A stretch of 64,000 bases of DNA. Origin: Chiloscyllium plagiosum. Taxonomy: Eukaryota. The translations under genes and the position numbers were made by a program. Under the pieces are notes generated by a model. The model did no database searches. It was not told the DNA's origin and saw nothing but the letters and a program-made list of their open reading frames with translations. The stretch is taken from contig NC_057719.1 of NCBI RefSeq assembly GCF_004010195.1, forward strand, positions 22,345,174 through 22,409,173, in the 5' to 3' direction. Shown here one piece after another: positions 1 to 12,361 of the stretch (position 1 is its first letter; each line of letters opens with the position of its first letter).

Positions 1-229
1 CCACTGAGCCAATGTGCAGCCCCATAGCTTGATGTGAAAGTGAACAGAATGGTTTCAGCTGATGGAGTGTAAATAGTTATGATCCTGATGGACATTTAAG
101 CGCAGGAAAGGAAATAACTAGCAAAAGCACCCTTCACAGCATAGGCACCATTCCAAACATCTGGCACCATCCAAGAGGGTGGCCAGTGCCAAGCCAGAGA
201 CTTCACATCAGCTTTTTTCAACATAGAGG

Positions 230-338
230 GACATCGGCCAGGAGCAGGCAGGAGGGACTAGTTTAGTTTGGGATTATGTTCGCACAGATTGATTGGGTCA
301 AAAGGTCTGTTTCTGTGCTGTTTGACTCTATGACTCTA
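230..338 (+). mobile_element. CR1 LINE 3' end fragment
   Basis: GGGACTAG...GGTCTGTTTCTGTGCTG...GACTCTATGACTCTA tail, matching the other CR1 3' ends in the window (e.g. 14560-14645, 44320-44410). Confidence 0.75.
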
Positions 339-2684
339 TATATACACCAATGAACTGTAAGCTACAAAGTCATGGCTCTAACATAAGTTGATGACTAAGT
401 ACTGGCTTTCTGTCGAGAACAATACAGCTCCAGTGACTTCCTGTGCTAGCACATATCGAGCTTCTTGTTGTCCACGGTATAAATATCCTTCTCTACCCCT
501 GGATGACAGTGAACAAAGCACTTCCATCGACATAGCCTCACAAAAACAAAAACAAGCAACCACATAATTAATTACTGGAACACACTTCTGCAAACTGATG
601 ACAATCTCTTCTCTGGATCGGGCACCTCCCATTGGAAACATTGCAAACTGCAACCTAGGAACCAGGTGATCCCCCAGGGTTTGACCTTCATGAAAGTTTG
701 TAATCAACCAGGAAGTACAAAATCAAGAAGTGAGGCTATCATCAGTTTGTACGCTGTGCACTTCAACCCAGTATGGGGCTACAAGATATTAAATAAATGT
801 GTCCTCAACTGTGTGAGGACAGTCCAAGGTAGATGTGGCCTCTTGCTCCACAAGGTGAGCATGAGGATAAGCTCAAATTGTGACTGTAGCTATTCAAGTC
901 AGATCATCGCCCATTTATTGAACTTTAAACCCTCCCAAGTGATCCATCTCTCGTGGCTGCAGGACCACTGCTAATATTTAAACAGATGATTCCAACTCAC
1001 TACTGTCATGTGTGAACAATGACATTTTGCTTACATTAACTTTGGCAAGATGATTAATCAATCCCAAAAGTATTATTGTGCTGAATTAATCTGCTATAAT
1101 TTAGCAGTCCTTTGCTTTGAGGACATTTCCCAGCAGCATGCTATATCAGAAATACTCAGTAGCTGAGGGATTTTAAATGTGGGTTGGGACAACTCTAACA
1201 ACAAAACAACAGTTTTGTTTATTTATTGTCTACAACATAGAGAAAACATTCCGAAGCACTCCACAGAGATATGAGGAAGAATTAGATGCCAGCTGCAAAA
1301 AAGTAGATAGAAGGGCTGTAACTATAATATTGTCACTAATAAATTCAGTCTGGAGTTCAGAAGGAAGATCTCTATTGAAAAGAATGGTGCAAATATGGAA
1401 TTGATTATCACAAAGCATAGTCAAGGTGAACATTTAAAGGGACACTAGATACGCTTATGAGGGAGACAGAAATAAAATGTCATGCTACTAGAGTTAAGGG
1501 AAGTCACTGGGAGGATACTCAAACAGAGTATTCATGCCAGCACAGTGCAACTCGGCTAAATAATTTGTTTCAGCAGCATGCATTCTACATAATTCTACAC
1601 ATTATTAAGAAAGGTGACCAAAAGCTTGAGTTAAGATGTGAATTTTTAAGTGTCTTAAAGCAGGAAATTATGTGGGAGGCAGAGAGGTTAGGGAGCCAGA
1701 TTTTGAGTGTGGGGCCACAGTCTCTCAGTTACATAGCAGATAAAACATCTGCAGGAACCCTCTGACCATTCTGCCATTTACACCAATTTTCAGACAAAGT
1801 CACCATGTTTTAAATAACTTAAAGTAGGACATCTTGAATTTGCAACCAACAATAAAGGTGTTATGATTCTTAATAATCAAAAGTTATACAGTGGAGTTTC
1901 CGAATGGGGACATGCCTTGGCCTACTTATCTTCGCTGGTTTACATGTAAAATCCTTTTACATGATTAGTCAGATTCCTTCAGAGTGCAGTGCATGGATAC
2001 TACCAATGAAACACTTGAAATTGCCTGCACAGTGAATTCGTGTTTAAATACTTAATGTATTAATTTTGAATATTATCGACCATTTAAACAGAGTTGTCAA
2101 CCTATCATTTTAAATTAATTAGCTAACACCCCCACTAACATATCAGGTATAGAAATTATGTATGAAGATATAAATATTGATGCCCTAAAGCTTGGGCAGC
2201 ATACTTTCAAGACCAAAGAGTTTGCACTTGAGGTTTTGCCAAATCTAAAATAGCACCCTTGTGGGTTATAGATAGACACTACTATCATGAAAGCTCAACA
2301 GGCGTTTCCTTTCTGTCAAAGTAATAGAACATTGCCTGTTTCCTATTTAAGTTATTTTACAATAAATTTGGTGATTCTGGGATCGCTGTCTTTCTTATGC
2401 ATCCATGCCTGCCAGTTCTCTGTAAATTAATGGAATGATAAGATGGCTAGAATCGTTCATATGCTTTACTGACGTTTGAGGGATTTGGCTTTAGCCTGTC
2501 AGAATCACTTCACTGAATATATTTTTTAATCAAATGGCTCTTTTTTTCTCTCTCTCAGCTGTCCATGAAAACAGCAACTGAGATGTGCAATAACATTATG
2601 TTCAGCTCCCAGAGGAATGTGTTAGAGCACTTTTCTTCATTCTTTTTTGGAATGTGAGTATTCCTGCTCATCCCTAAGTGTCCT

Positions 2685-3050
2685 TTTCTGATGAAAGGTT
2701 TTTGCCTGAAACAAGGAGAAAGTGAGGACTGCAGATGCTGGAGATCAGAGCTGAAAAATATGGTGCTGGAAAAGCGTAGCAGGTCAGGCAGCATCCAAGG
2801 AGCAGGAGAATCGGCATTTCGGGCATAAGCCCTTCTTCAGGAAATCCCCATTTCCTGGAGAAGGGCTTATGGCCGAAACGTTGATTCTCCTGCTCCTTGG
2901 ATGTTTCCTGACCTGCTGCGCTTTTCCAGCACCACATTTTTCAGTTTTTGCCTGAAACATCAATTTTCCTGTTCCTCGGAAGCTGCCTGACCTGCTGTGC
3001 TTTTCCAGCACCACTCTAATCTTGACTCTAATCTCTAGCATCTGCAGTAC
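2685..3050 (+). mobile_element. Penelope-like terminal-repeat fragment interrupted by a second, palindromic Penelope-derived element (2714-2943)
   Basis: 16-bp direct repeat GTTTTTGCCTGAAACA at 2698-2713 and 2944-2959. Inner inverted arms at about 2751-2845 and 2850-2944. Sequence matches the 3' end of the GIY-YIG-bearing element at 19312-19824. Confidence 0.8.
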
Positions 3051-3340
3051 CCAATTCCATCCAAGTGCCCTTGAACTGAGTTATTGAAAAAAAAAATCAG
3101 AGGGGCTCTAGGAGCCAGCAACATTGTTATGGGTTGAGATTACAGACATTGGCCAGATCAGGTGAGGCTGGCAGATTTCCCTCCTTAAAAGACATTAGTG
3201 AACAGGATGGGTACAGGAGGAAAGTTTAGGAGTGATTGAATTTACAGTTGAAGGGAAGGCTGTTTAGGAAGATAATGGAGGCAGCGAGGCAAGAAAAATG
3301 GTGGTGCAATCAATATTATGGAACACCAACACCAACCATA

Positions 3341-3660
3341 GGGTGGCGCGATGGTTCAGTGGTTAACACTGCTGTCTCACAGCGCAAGCTACATGGATAT
3401 GATTCCACCCTCAGGTGACTGTCTGTGTGGAGTTCACACATTCTCCCCATGCCTACATGGGTTTCCTCTGGATGCTCTGGTTTCCTCCCACAGTCCAAAG
3501 ATAGGTGGACTGGCCATGTAAAATTGCCCATAGTATCCAGGGATGTGCCGACCAGGTGAATTAACCATGCAGAATGCAGGATGATAACGTTAGGGTAGTG
3601 GAGTGAGTCTGGATGGGAGGAATTTGATGATTTTATCATATGCTGGTAGGATTTTGCCAA
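3341..3660 (+). mobile_element. HE1/V-SINE-type tRNA-derived SINE (diverged)
   Basis: tRNA-like head (TGGTTCAGTGGTT A-box) followed by the V-domain TGTGTGGAGTT...CACATTCTCCCC...GGTTTCCTCCCACAGTCCAAAGA. Confidence 0.85.
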
Positions 3661-4202
3661 CTGCCATGTTCATTTAGCTGTGAATTGCTCTTTTGAAAAG
3701 TTATCAACATCAGTTTAAATTTTTCAGCGCACACTTGGCTTCAATGCATTTTATGGGAGATTGTTTTAGGTGATTGAACTGTGTGTGGGGTAAAGAGTTA
3801 ACTCCTCATTCAATCCAAGAATAATTGTTGATCAGTTTCATTAGGAGCTCTGTCGTGATGATGCCACCATGTGCTAGAACCTAAACTCGAGTGTGACAGT
3901 TCTTAGAAAATCTTCAGAGATGAATCAGAGAATCTCTTGCTGATATGCAGTATTTGTGGGCAGAAGGATGCCACTACCATTCCTCATTCCCTGACTGGAT
4001 CTAGTCATCTATTTAGTTTACAGTGGTAGGGGAACAACTGTTAGTGAGTCTTAAAAAGAAGCTCTTGTCTTCACAAGATTGCAGATTCACCAAATTGTTA
4101 TGGTGCGAAAGGAAGCCATTCGGCCCATGGCCTCTCCACTGAAAACATATTTTATTGTTTGATTGCAATCAAGTGGAAATTACATTAGTCAGAAAGACTT
4201 TA

Positions 4203-4870
4203 TAGAGTCAAAAAGTCATCGAGTCATGGAGTTGTATGGTACAGAAGAAGACACTTCGGTCCAACTTGTCCATGCTGACCAGATATTCTAAATTAATCCA
4301 GTCCCATTTGCCAGCATATGGCCCATATTCCTCTGAACCCTACCTATTTATATACCCATCCAGATGTCTTTTAAATATTGTAATTGTACCCAGTCTCCAC
4401 CACTTCCTCTGGCAGCTCATTCCATGCATACACCGCCCTCTGCATGAAAAAGTTACCCTTCAGGTCCTTTTTACATCTTGCCCCACTCACTTTAAACCTG
4501 TGCCCTCTATTTTTTGACTCCCCTAACCCGGGAAAAAGACATTAGCTATTCACCCAATCTATGTCCCTCAGGATTTTATAAAACTCTAAAAGGTCACCCC
4601 TCATCCTCTGATGCTCCAGGGAAAATAGCCCCAGCCTATTCAGCCTCTCCCTATAGCTCAATCCCTCCAACCCTTTCAACATCCTTGTAAATCTTTTCTG
4701 AGCTCTGTCAAGTTTAACAACATTTATCAGAAGACTAGAATTGAACGCAGTATTCCAAAAGTGGCCTCCAATATCTTGTACAGCCACGACATGACCTCCC
4801 AACTCCTATACTCAATGCACTAACCAATAAAGGCAAGTGTACCAAATGTTTTCTTCACTATCTTATCTTG
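4203..4870 (-). mobile_element. CR1 LINE 3' fragment (ORF2 C-terminus plus 3' UTR)
   Basis: Minus ORF 4542-4802 reads KLDRAQKRFTRMLKGLEGLSYRERLNRLGLFSLEHQRMRGDL, the typical CR1 ORF2 C-terminus. The tail lies near 4203. Confidence 0.9.
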
Positions 4871-5107
4871 ACTCCTCCTTTAAGGGACAATGTTACAAAG
4901 AAAATGAGGGGAGCTGTATATAGATTTGTATTCCAAAAGTGGCCTCCAATATCCTGTACAGCCATGACATGACCTCCCAACTCCTATACTCAATGCACTG
5001 ACCAATAAAGGCAAGTGTACCAAATGTTTTCTTCACTATCTTATCTTGACTCCTCCTTTAAGGGACAATGTTACAAAGAAAATGAGGGGAGCTGTATATA
5101 GATTTGT
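4750..5107. repeat. 178-bp tandem duplication (2 copies)
   Basis: 4750-4927 is repeated at 4928-5105, with three substitutions seen by eye. Confidence 0.95.
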
Positions 5108-5164
5108 CATCCATGACCTTCTAAGATGTTCTGCCTTATCTCCACCCAAGCCAATATGACATTA

Positions 5165-5455
5165 TAGATTAGATTACTTACAGTGTGGAAACAGGCCCTT
5201 CGGCCCAACAAGTCCACAACAACCCGCAACCCACCCATTCCCCTACACCTAAGACTACGGCAATTTAGCATGGCCAATTCACCTGGCCTGCACATGTTAG
5301 GACTGTGGGAGGAAACCGGAGCACCTGGAGAAAACCCACACAGACACGGGGAGAGTGTGCAAACTCCACACAGTCAGTCGCCTGAGTCGGGAATTGAACC
5401 CGGGTCTCTGGCGCTGTGATGCAGTAGTGCTAACCACTGTGCCACCGTGCCACCC
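5165..5455 (-). mobile_element. HE1/V-SINE-type SINE (young)
   Basis: Reverse complement gives GGCACGGTGGCACAGTGGTTAGCAC...GGGTTCAATTCCC (A/B boxes), the V-domain, a CR1-like tail and a TCTAA repeat end. Confidence 0.92.
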
Positions 5456-5584
5456 AGCTTAACGTACAGCTTAATGCATACTTCAGCATTAACTCTTCAG
5501 AACCAGTATCTTCAACAACACTACACTCTTTGATATGAATGTTATGTTTAATAGAACCTATTCTTGTTGGCTTATCTGAGTGCA

Positions 5585-5724
5585 GTGACAAAGTGAGGAC
5601 TGCAGATGCTGGAGATCAGAGTCGAAAAGTGTCGTGCTGGAAAAGCACAGCAGGTCAAGTAGCGTCCGAGGAACAGGAGAGTTGACATTTTGGGCATAAG
5701 CCCTTCATCAGACATGAATACTGT
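5585..5724 (-). mobile_element. Short Penelope-derived terminal-repeat element with TSD
   Basis: 14-bp TSD CTTATCTGAGTGCA at 5571-5584 and 5725-5738. Minus strand carries CTGATGAAGGGCTTATGCCC. Confidence 0.8.
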
Positions 5725-7990
5725 CTTATCTGAGTGCATACCTGATCTTACTAAGTAGGTGCCAGAAGGTTATGGACCCAGGACACCCTGGAAGCAGTCA
5801 GCAGTGCAGTTTATAAAAACACTATAAAACCCCCTGGAAGGCAGGAGGCATCATTGCAGTCAGGTCCAAATGTCTTCAGCAGCCCAGACAGAAATGTTCA
5901 AATCCAGCCACCAGTGAATGTAAAAAAAAACACAAACAAGAAGCCAGTACCAGGGAATGTGGCAAACTGCTGACTCATTCAACTAAACAATAAGTGCTGG
6001 ATTACTACAGATCAGGGATTGTTATAGCGGTGGGGTATCGAAGGATGTACAGAAAGTCCTCCAGGTAGAAATGAGAAGTAGTTGATACCATCAAAGGATC
6101 ACATTGATGGGAGCTTTGACCAACCATTAAATCAATGGATCAAATGTGCTCATAGAGCGGTCATTTCAAAATAGGATCAGCAGTGTAAAAAAACAGGTCA
6201 CAATAATTTGTAGGCACCCAGGATACATTGAAGAACAAGATATTTTTCTCTTTGAGGATGTTATAGACAATATCTGGTGTGCAGGTTGCCGTGTAAATAC
6301 TTAATTACACCTTTAACCTAAAATAGTTATTGAGCATCTGCAAAAAGAGCTACATCGTAGTGATGCTAGATCACATGGGTCTGTCAGGTTCCAGAATAAA
6401 TTCTCACCAATTATTCCTTTTTTATAAGTACATCTAATAAAGCTTGTTCATATTTATTCACTGGAGTGTAGATATCATCCTGCTGAGTTCATATCATTTT
6501 CAATGGCTAGAACACCAACTTACCAAAGAATTTCCTTTCTGGGGAGAACAATATCGATACTGTGGGTGCACCTGCCTTCAGAAAGGGCTGAAAATATGAT
6601 TGGAGGCTGATGCTGTAACTGCAAGAGACTTTGAGGTTAGGATGAGATGTGGGATGCAAGGGCTGGATAAAATTGAAAATGGATGATGAGATTAACAGTT
6701 TGTGGGAACTTGGCAGATCCTGTTAATGTTCAATTCCCTGAGTGTAGGCTTGATCTTCCTGTGCCAGAGTCAGCACTGCTCAGCTTTCTGCCAAGTCTTT
6801 AGTCAGCCAGCATCTTGAGCCAACACTTGCAATCAAATAAGTGAAGGAAAAGCGGAAGTTTGAATGCTATCCACCTGCAGGGCACCAGGTACAGACTGGT
6901 CACCACTTATGATGCTTATGCTTGAAAAATGGCGTGGACTAATACTCAGCCATTTGACAATAGGCTTGCAAAGGTAAACAAAGTACTTCACAGGAAAAAG
7001 AACCTGACAGTGACAATAGAATTTCTTTCCTTCAATTCACCAACTTTATTTTCATTGGCAAGCCTGATTCACTGTTTATTTGCTGATCTCACTGAAAACA
7101 TAAATCTTTCCTATGCTGATTTAATTCCTCAAATATAGTACCCTGAAAAGAGGAATAAAGTAACTTTGAAGAATATCATGGCCTATCTGCACTTAAGCAG
7201 ATTTGTCTGTACTGTAACTTTATTGGAACTGGTTGAAATTTGGCAGCCCCCAACCAGAGTCACATGGTGGAGATCACATGACTAAGGCAAGACAGGAGGC
7301 ATATTGATGCAGATTCTATTCCTATCCCAAACAGATTGGCTGGCCTTATTCGAACCGATTACTACTTTCTTAAGTTGTCAAGTGGCAATACTGGTGTAAG
7401 AAGCCATTTCAGGGTTTCTTAACTCAGAAATCAGTCCATTGCATTTGATCCAATAAATGCCTCACACAAGTGAAAATAAAGTTTGATCGCAAGGAAATTG
7501 GATGACTTTTTTTTGGCTCAGATTGCATAGATCAGATTAGTCACCTCCAATTTAAATTTCAATATTATACCTGAATCTCATTTTAAATCATCCATTGTTT
7601 ACAGAGAATTTTTATCAAGAATTATAAGGAAACACAAATTATATTCAATGGCTCAGATGGTTCAGTCATGTTTGCTGATGCTTGATGCTGAAAGTGCAAT
7701 TTAATGTCATGTTTTGAGATGACTTTGGATGCAAGGTGACAAGGGGAGGTGAGCTGAGCACCATGTCTCATTTCCGCATCTGGTCGTATTAACAATTTGG
7801 CTCCATTAAATTCATGGTATGTTCATCATTTTTTTTTCAAAAAGTGACATGCACATTTAAAGTGATATGAAAACAAAGGTTTACACATAAATGATAAATA
7901 ATTCGTTTTGTTCCCTTTGGCTGAGATCGTCAAGGATCATGCTGACAAAACTAGTGGAGTCTTGATAGTGACAAGGTAAACTCTTTTGTA

Positions 7991-8206
7991 GGAACAAATT
8001 ATTGCAGATGCCTGGAATCTGTACTGAAAACAACTGCTGGAGATCACAGTGAGTCAGCCAGCATCCATGGAGAGAGAGCAAGCTAACGTCTCGAGTCCAG
8101 ATTACTCTTCATCTGATGAAGAGTCATTTAGACTTGAAATGTCAGCTTGCTCTCTGTCTATGGATGCTGTCTGACCCACTGTGATATCCAGCATTTGTAA
8201 TTTTCA
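7991..8206. mobile_element. Palindromic Penelope-derived element with TSD
   Basis: 15-bp TSD GTAAACTCTTTTGTA at 7976-7990 and 8207-8221. Inverted arms at about 8022-8113 and 8115-8209, centred on CTCTTCATC-T-GATGAAGAG. Confidence 0.8.
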
Positions 8207-8479
8207 GTAAACTCTTTTGTATCTGTTTCAGCTGGTTTTTTTAATGTCCTTGCTTCACCAAATTTCCGACTGTTTTGTATTTCACCTCCACACCACAATA
8301 GCGGGTATCACCTCCATGATTTCAAAACCATACACAATAATTATAGCGGCACTTGGCAAGCAATTGCTGTGGTTTTCTATCAGCAAACCATCTTAAATAT
8401 TGCCTCTTCATATATAGGTGCTTAGGGCTTTCTGAGTACATGCTGCAACAGTTCTCTTTTGCCATGCTAATTTGCTCCT

Positions 8480-9255
8480 TCAACTATCTCAAAAAAGATC
8501 TTTGACTTGTTTGCATTATGCTGATAAGCGGGAAATAACTTGCATGCCACACAAATTCCAGGCAATGACCATTTCCAAAAAGAAAGAACCTAACCACCAC
8601 CCTTGACATTCCATGGTATTACCTTTGTCGAAGGCTCCTCCAAAACACATCAAACCATTGAATCAGGCATCAGAGTTCAAGGACTCAGAATTTTGATGTG
8701 AGTAAATCACCTCTTACTCCATAAAAGATTACAGTCATATTCAAGCACAAGTCAGAAATGACATGGCAGACTATCCACTTTTCTGGATGAGTGCAACTCC
8801 TGCAACATTTAAGAAGCTTAATGCTATTCAGGACAAAGTAATGCATTTGATTGAGACTTACTCACTACCTTCAACATTCGCTGCCTCCGCAATTGATGCA
8901 CGGGGTAATAGTGAATATCATCGACCAGATGAGCTGCAGCAACTTACCAAGTTTCCTTTGATAGAACCTCTACCATCCAACAGGACAAGGAGAACAGATG
9001 CATGGATACCACGATCTGCACTTCCCCTCTCAGCCACACCATCTTGATGTGGAATTATATCATTATTCCTTCACTGTTGTGAGGTCAAAATCCTAGAATT
9101 CTCTTCTCAATGGCATTGCAGGCATACATAACTCCCATGAACTGCAGCAGTTCAAGATGGCAGCTGAGCATCATTTTCTCAAGGTTGGTTAAGAATGGGT
9201 AACAAATAGTGGCCAATTCAGCAAAGTGCACATCCCATGAACAAATAAAAAGAAA
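8480..9255 (+). mobile_element. Decayed non-LTR retrotransposon 3' part (second CR1/L2-group family)
   Basis: Remnant KAQVR..DYPLFWMSATPATFKKLNAIQDK (ORF 8763-9047). The 3' UTR recurs at about 26745-27200, 36870-37250, 51270-51580 (-) and 60480-60890. Confidence 0.7.
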
Positions 9256-10446
9256 CCGATGAATAATTATGGTCTGCATCTGCCATATCTACCACCAAGC
9301 CATTGGATTTCCTGCTTCCTGTCTGCATCCATCATGCTTTTGTTTTATAATTGCTCTTCCATCTATCCTTTCATGATCATTAAACTTATCTTTTTTTATA
9401 ATAGCCACCATACATGATTTTTGGAAGGCAGAATATTTCCCTTGACTCTGAGCTGAGTTTTCTCGTCCCTTTCCCAACTCCCTCCATCCCCAGCCTGCCA
9501 GATGCTTTTTCTTTTACATCTCTAGCATTGCTTGCCTTCATCTTTATCTGTCTCCATAAGTTGCCATCTCTCTTTAACAACCTTATCAGATTAAGGATGA
9601 GCTTCCCTGAGGCTCTTCTTGCCAGCTTTTGCATATCCGTCATGCATGAATTGCAAATCATCAAGAATGCTACCACTTGTAATTGCTCCAGTTCATGAGC
9701 ATGTCCAAGCACTAAGCTTTATAGGATCAAAAAACAAGCAGAATGATTCAAGATCCAGGTCAGCCATTACCCAGTGGAGTGCTGGAATAGGCTTGAGGAG
9801 CTGAACGGCTATGCACTATATTTTTGGTTCTTCTCCATCTATTGATTTTAAAATTAGTATGAATTTGAACCCATGCCTGTTTTGGTGGAGCAAAGAATAC
9901 ATTTTCCCCAAAACCATTGACAAGTCAATATATTGGTAACAATGTTTAATTCTGGTGAACATTGCTTTATCTCACATTTTAGAAGTGAATTGACCAATTA
10001 TTCTTCAATTCATGTGTTCAATCTTCAACAGTTTTTCTGGTTGGACAATGACATCATTTGGTGGTGGTGGTCATCATGGAAACAATCAGAATAGTCCAAA
10101 ATATTGAAGGACAAAACAGGTGGAAATTTCATCAATCAGTGCAGCAGAAAGAAACATCATGTTTGAAGGTCTTCCAACAGAACACTGTAAGAAATAAAGG
10201 CAAGAATAGGTGATTTAATCACTCCCGTCTGCTCTGCCATTCTATAAGATCATGGCCTATGTCTGCTTCTAACTCCTATGTTCATATATCCACATCAAGT
10301 GCATCAACCCCACACTATCACCATTCCCTCTGATTTTCTTCATATTCTAGGCTAAAATCCTGCAATTCCCTCCCTAACAACACTGTGGGTGGACCTATAC
10401 CAGATGGACTGCAGTGCTTAAAGAAGGCAGCTCACCACCACCACCT

Positions 10447-10715
10447 CATGTCAGGTTTAATGTAAGAGGAAGAAGCTTTAAAAGAGGTCTAAGGGGCAGC
10501 TTTTTCACACAGACGGTGGTGCGTCTATAGAATGAGCTGCCAGAGGAAGTAGTAGAGACAAGTACAATCACAACATTTAAAAGGCATTTGAACAGGTAAA
10601 TCGATAGGAAAGGCTTAGAGGGATATGTGCCAAATGTAGGCAAATGAGACTGGTTCAGTTCAGGGAATCTGGTCGGCATCGGGTCCATTTTCATGCTTAT
10701 GAGTCTACAACTCTG
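10447..10715 (+). mobile_element. CR1 LINE 3' fragment
   Basis: CTAAGGGGCAGCTTTTTCACACAG...AATGAGCTGCCAGAGGAAGT...CATTTAAAAGGCATTTG. Confidence 0.85.
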
Positions 10716-10719
10716 ATTA

Positions 10720-11450
10720 TGTAGATTCCACAGCCAAAGGAACCATTATCTCAACATGTTAGTTTTAATATCCTTCTGCTCAAACTATCTCCAGAGGGCA
10801 ATTTCCTTATTCCAAAAGTTAGTTTTGCAAGTCTTTGTTGCAATTCTTCAGAACCAAACTGCATACAGGTATTGTTTCACCAGGAAGTTATATAATTGCA
10901 GTAAGCTTTCTTTTTTGTAATATGATCCCATACACTATTTGCTCATCTGATTGCTGTTGTACTTGTGATTCATTAACAAGGCCACCCAGGTGCCTCAAAT
11001 GTCAGCATTCCTAAATCTCTTCATTTCAAAAGTATTTTCCTATTTACAATGCTTTTCCCACTAAGATGTATATATTACATTCCACATGATTAAATTCCAT
11101 TTGCCATCTTCTTGCCCAAGCATAAAGGTGTCTTTAGAGCTCTGCAGCCTCTTTGCATCCACCGCAAGGCAGATTACTTTCGCACCTAATCAAAAGTGAA
11201 TTTGGAAAAGTTACACTAGGACTCCTCCTTTAAGCACTGAGGGAATGTCGTATCCCAATAGGAACAGACCATCAGTCCAAAAATGATGTCTTTATTCCGA
11301 AAGTGTTGTCTGTCAGCTAAGCAATCCTGAATCCACTTTAATATGTTACCTCAGTTCCAAAAGCTATAATGTTGTGGAGTAAACTGTTGAGTGGCACATT
11401 GTTACATGATTTTTGGAAATGTAAATGCACTTTATGTTATTGCTTCCTCC
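10720..11450 (-). mobile_element. Old CR1 RT-region fragment
   Basis: Degenerate similarity to the minus-strand CR1 copies at 23960-25020 and 58595-59250. Confidence 0.55.
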
Positions 11451-12361
11451 TTCATTACGATCCCCATAGGGATCATAAACAAAAAATAACATCAACTGCA
11501 GAAGTTGCATTTTTATGTAACTTTTACTTTAACATGAATCAGAAATCACATAAATTAGACCAGCTAACAGGCCAATCACAGATGGTACTGTTGTATAGGC
11601 AGGCTAGCTCACTACAATGTATGTGTTGCTATAGTTTTGCATGATGAAGATTGCTATATTCCCCCTGTTAACTAGAGGGGAACTTGGTCTGGTTAGGTAA
11701 AGGAAACCACTTCCAACTTTCACTATAAGTATTAAAAAGACACAGTTTATCACTAAGTACAGGTTACATTGAAATGACAGACATTGCTATAATGACTTTG
11801 AGGAGTTAAGTCTTAATTCTTTGAGATTCTAAACTGTTCTGCCCACAAGAGCATATGACATCATAGTGGGTTGTGTTTTTGGCACTCCTCGTATAAACTC
11901 TGTTATTACAAAGATAATTACATTTACCACTACCTCATATCCATCCAAGTCTCTGTCTTACAAATTCAGGCAAGCTGGAAGTTTTGTGCAAAATTGATTT
12001 CCTTTGGTTTGGAAGATTGATAATTTGCTGAATGGAAGATCGTTGTTTTTGATTCTCTTTCTGATTTTCCTATGTTTTGTAGGTTCCTGTAAACGGGAGG
12101 ACTTTTAATCACATTGGTTTCCCTTGGGCTGGATGTCTTTATTACTGAAACAGGCAAAATCTTCCTCGCACTAACTTGAGTCAGTGGACACTTAATCATC
12201 ATTTCTAAGTGTTGGCTTCTGTGGAGTTGTATACTTCACATCCTCAATTTGTGTCAGCGGATTTTTATTCTCAATCCATCTGGAGCATGTTGTTTGGTTT
12301 GGTCTCTTGTTTACCCTCAACAATTGTATTGCAAATGAAACCAATATTTTCACTTCCTCAA

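Noticed and set aside
9289..9712. Overlapping 62-108 aa ORFs in non-repetitive-looking DNA
   Set aside because: No recognisable motif or convincing splice sites. They could be a decayed TE, but I cannot support a call.
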